DNA of 64,000 nucleotides from Cetorhinus maximus (Eukaryota), in assembly GCF_964194155.1 (NCBI RefSeq), contig NC_135889.1, positions 58,342,001-58,406,000 on the forward strand. Reading direction: 5' to 3'. The notes under the pieces are model-generated. The model was not told the origin of the DNA, ran no database searches, and worked only from the letters and a program-made list of their open reading frames with translations. The position numbers were made by a program, and so were the translations under genes. Shown piece by piece: positions 62,905 through 64,000 of the stretch (position 1 is its first letter; every line of letters starts with the position of its first letter).

Positions 62905-64000
62905 AGATTCAGAACAGACCTAACTACTCAAAACTGGGCATCCATGAGGCACTGTGGGCCCTCAGCAGTAGCAGCAGAATTGTATACAACCACAATCTGT
63001 CATCTCAAGGCCTGGCATTTCCTCACTCTACCATTACCTTCAAGCTGGGGGATCTAAACCTTGGTTCAATGAAGAGTGCAGGAGTGCAAGCCAGGAACAG
63101 CAGCAGGCATACCCAAAAATGGGTTGTCAACCTGGTGAAGCTACAACACAGGGCTACTTACATGCCAAACAGTGGAGGCAGCATGTGATAAACAGAGCTA
63201 AGCGATCCCACAATCAACAGATCAGATCTAAGCTTTGCAGTCCTGCCACATCCAATCATAAATACCGGTGGACAATTAAACAACAGGAGGAGGCTCCACA
63301 AACATCCCCATCCAGCACATCAGTGCAAAAGACAAGCATTTGCAACCGTCTTCAGCCAGAAGTGTAGAATGGATGATCCATCTCCGCCTCCTCCTGAGGT
63401 TCTCAGCATCACAGATGCCAGCCTTCAGCCAATTTGATTCACTCCATGTGATATCAAGAAATTGCTAAAGACACTGAATGTTGCAAAGGCTGTGGGATCC
63501 CTGACAACATTCCAGCAATAGTACTGAAGGCTTGTGCTCCAGAACCTGCTGCGCCCTTTGCTAAACTGTTTCAGTCCAGCCACAACACTGGCATCTACCT
63601 GGCAATGTGGAAAATTGCCCCGGTATGTCCTGTCCACAAAAAACAGGACAAATCCAAGCCGGTCAGTTACCGCCCCATCAGTCTACTCTCGATCATCAGC
63701 AACGTGATGGAAGGTGTCATCAAAGTCCTATCAAGTGGCACTTACACAGCAATAACCTGCTCTCTGATGCTCAATTTGGGTTCTGCCAGGGCCTCTCAGC
63801 TCCAGAACTCATTAGTCTTGGTTCAAAAATGGAAAGAAGAGCTGAAGCCAAGAGGTGGGGAAACATACGCAGTACAAAGAAAGATGGTTTTGGTTATTGG
63901 AGGTCAGTCATCTTAGTCCCATGACATTGCTGCAAGAGTTCCCCAGGGTAGTGTTCTAGGCCTAACTATCTTTAGCTGCTTCATCAATGACCTGTCCTCC
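62905..64000 (+). mobile_element. Degenerate non-LTR retrotransposon (CR1/L2-like RT), running off the window end
   Basis: Frameshifted RT segments WKIAPVCPVHKKQDKSKPVSYRPISLLSIISNVME, LLSDAQFGF and VPQGSVLG..IFSCFINDL. Confidence 0.85.

Noticed and set aside
1-64000. Prokaryote-type systems (CRISPR arrays, operons, rRNA or tRNA genes)
   Set aside because: No regularly spaced repeats or structural RNA genes were seen. The sequence is intron-containing vertebrate DNA, and the only A/B-box signal belongs to a SINE.

Overview
This is vertebrate genomic DNA, almost certainly from a cartilaginous fish (shark-like), and it covers the 5' (posterior) end of a HoxD cluster. On the minus strand are the first 19 nt of HoxD9, complete two-exon HoxD10, HoxD11, HoxD12 and HoxD13, and an intact three-exon HoxD14 with a split homeobox and WFQNQR motif. 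On the plus strand are three-exon Evx2, then the promoter, non-coding exon 1 and first coding exon (MGVMLSCWR) of lunapark (lnpk). Repeats are rare inside the cluster: two short hairpin elements, plus a young 5'-truncated CR1-type LINE and a DeuSINE-like relic between HoxD13 and HoxD14. They become dense in the lnpk introns. The main observations beyond the gene annotation are an apparent enrichment of NR6A1/NR5A-type TCAAGGTCA (DR0) motifs across the posterior cluster, ancestral-type N-terminal leaders on HoxD11 and HoxD13, and a very short Evx2-lnpk interval. I found no evidence of a wholly new gene system. All splice sites and motifs were read by eye and no database searches were run.
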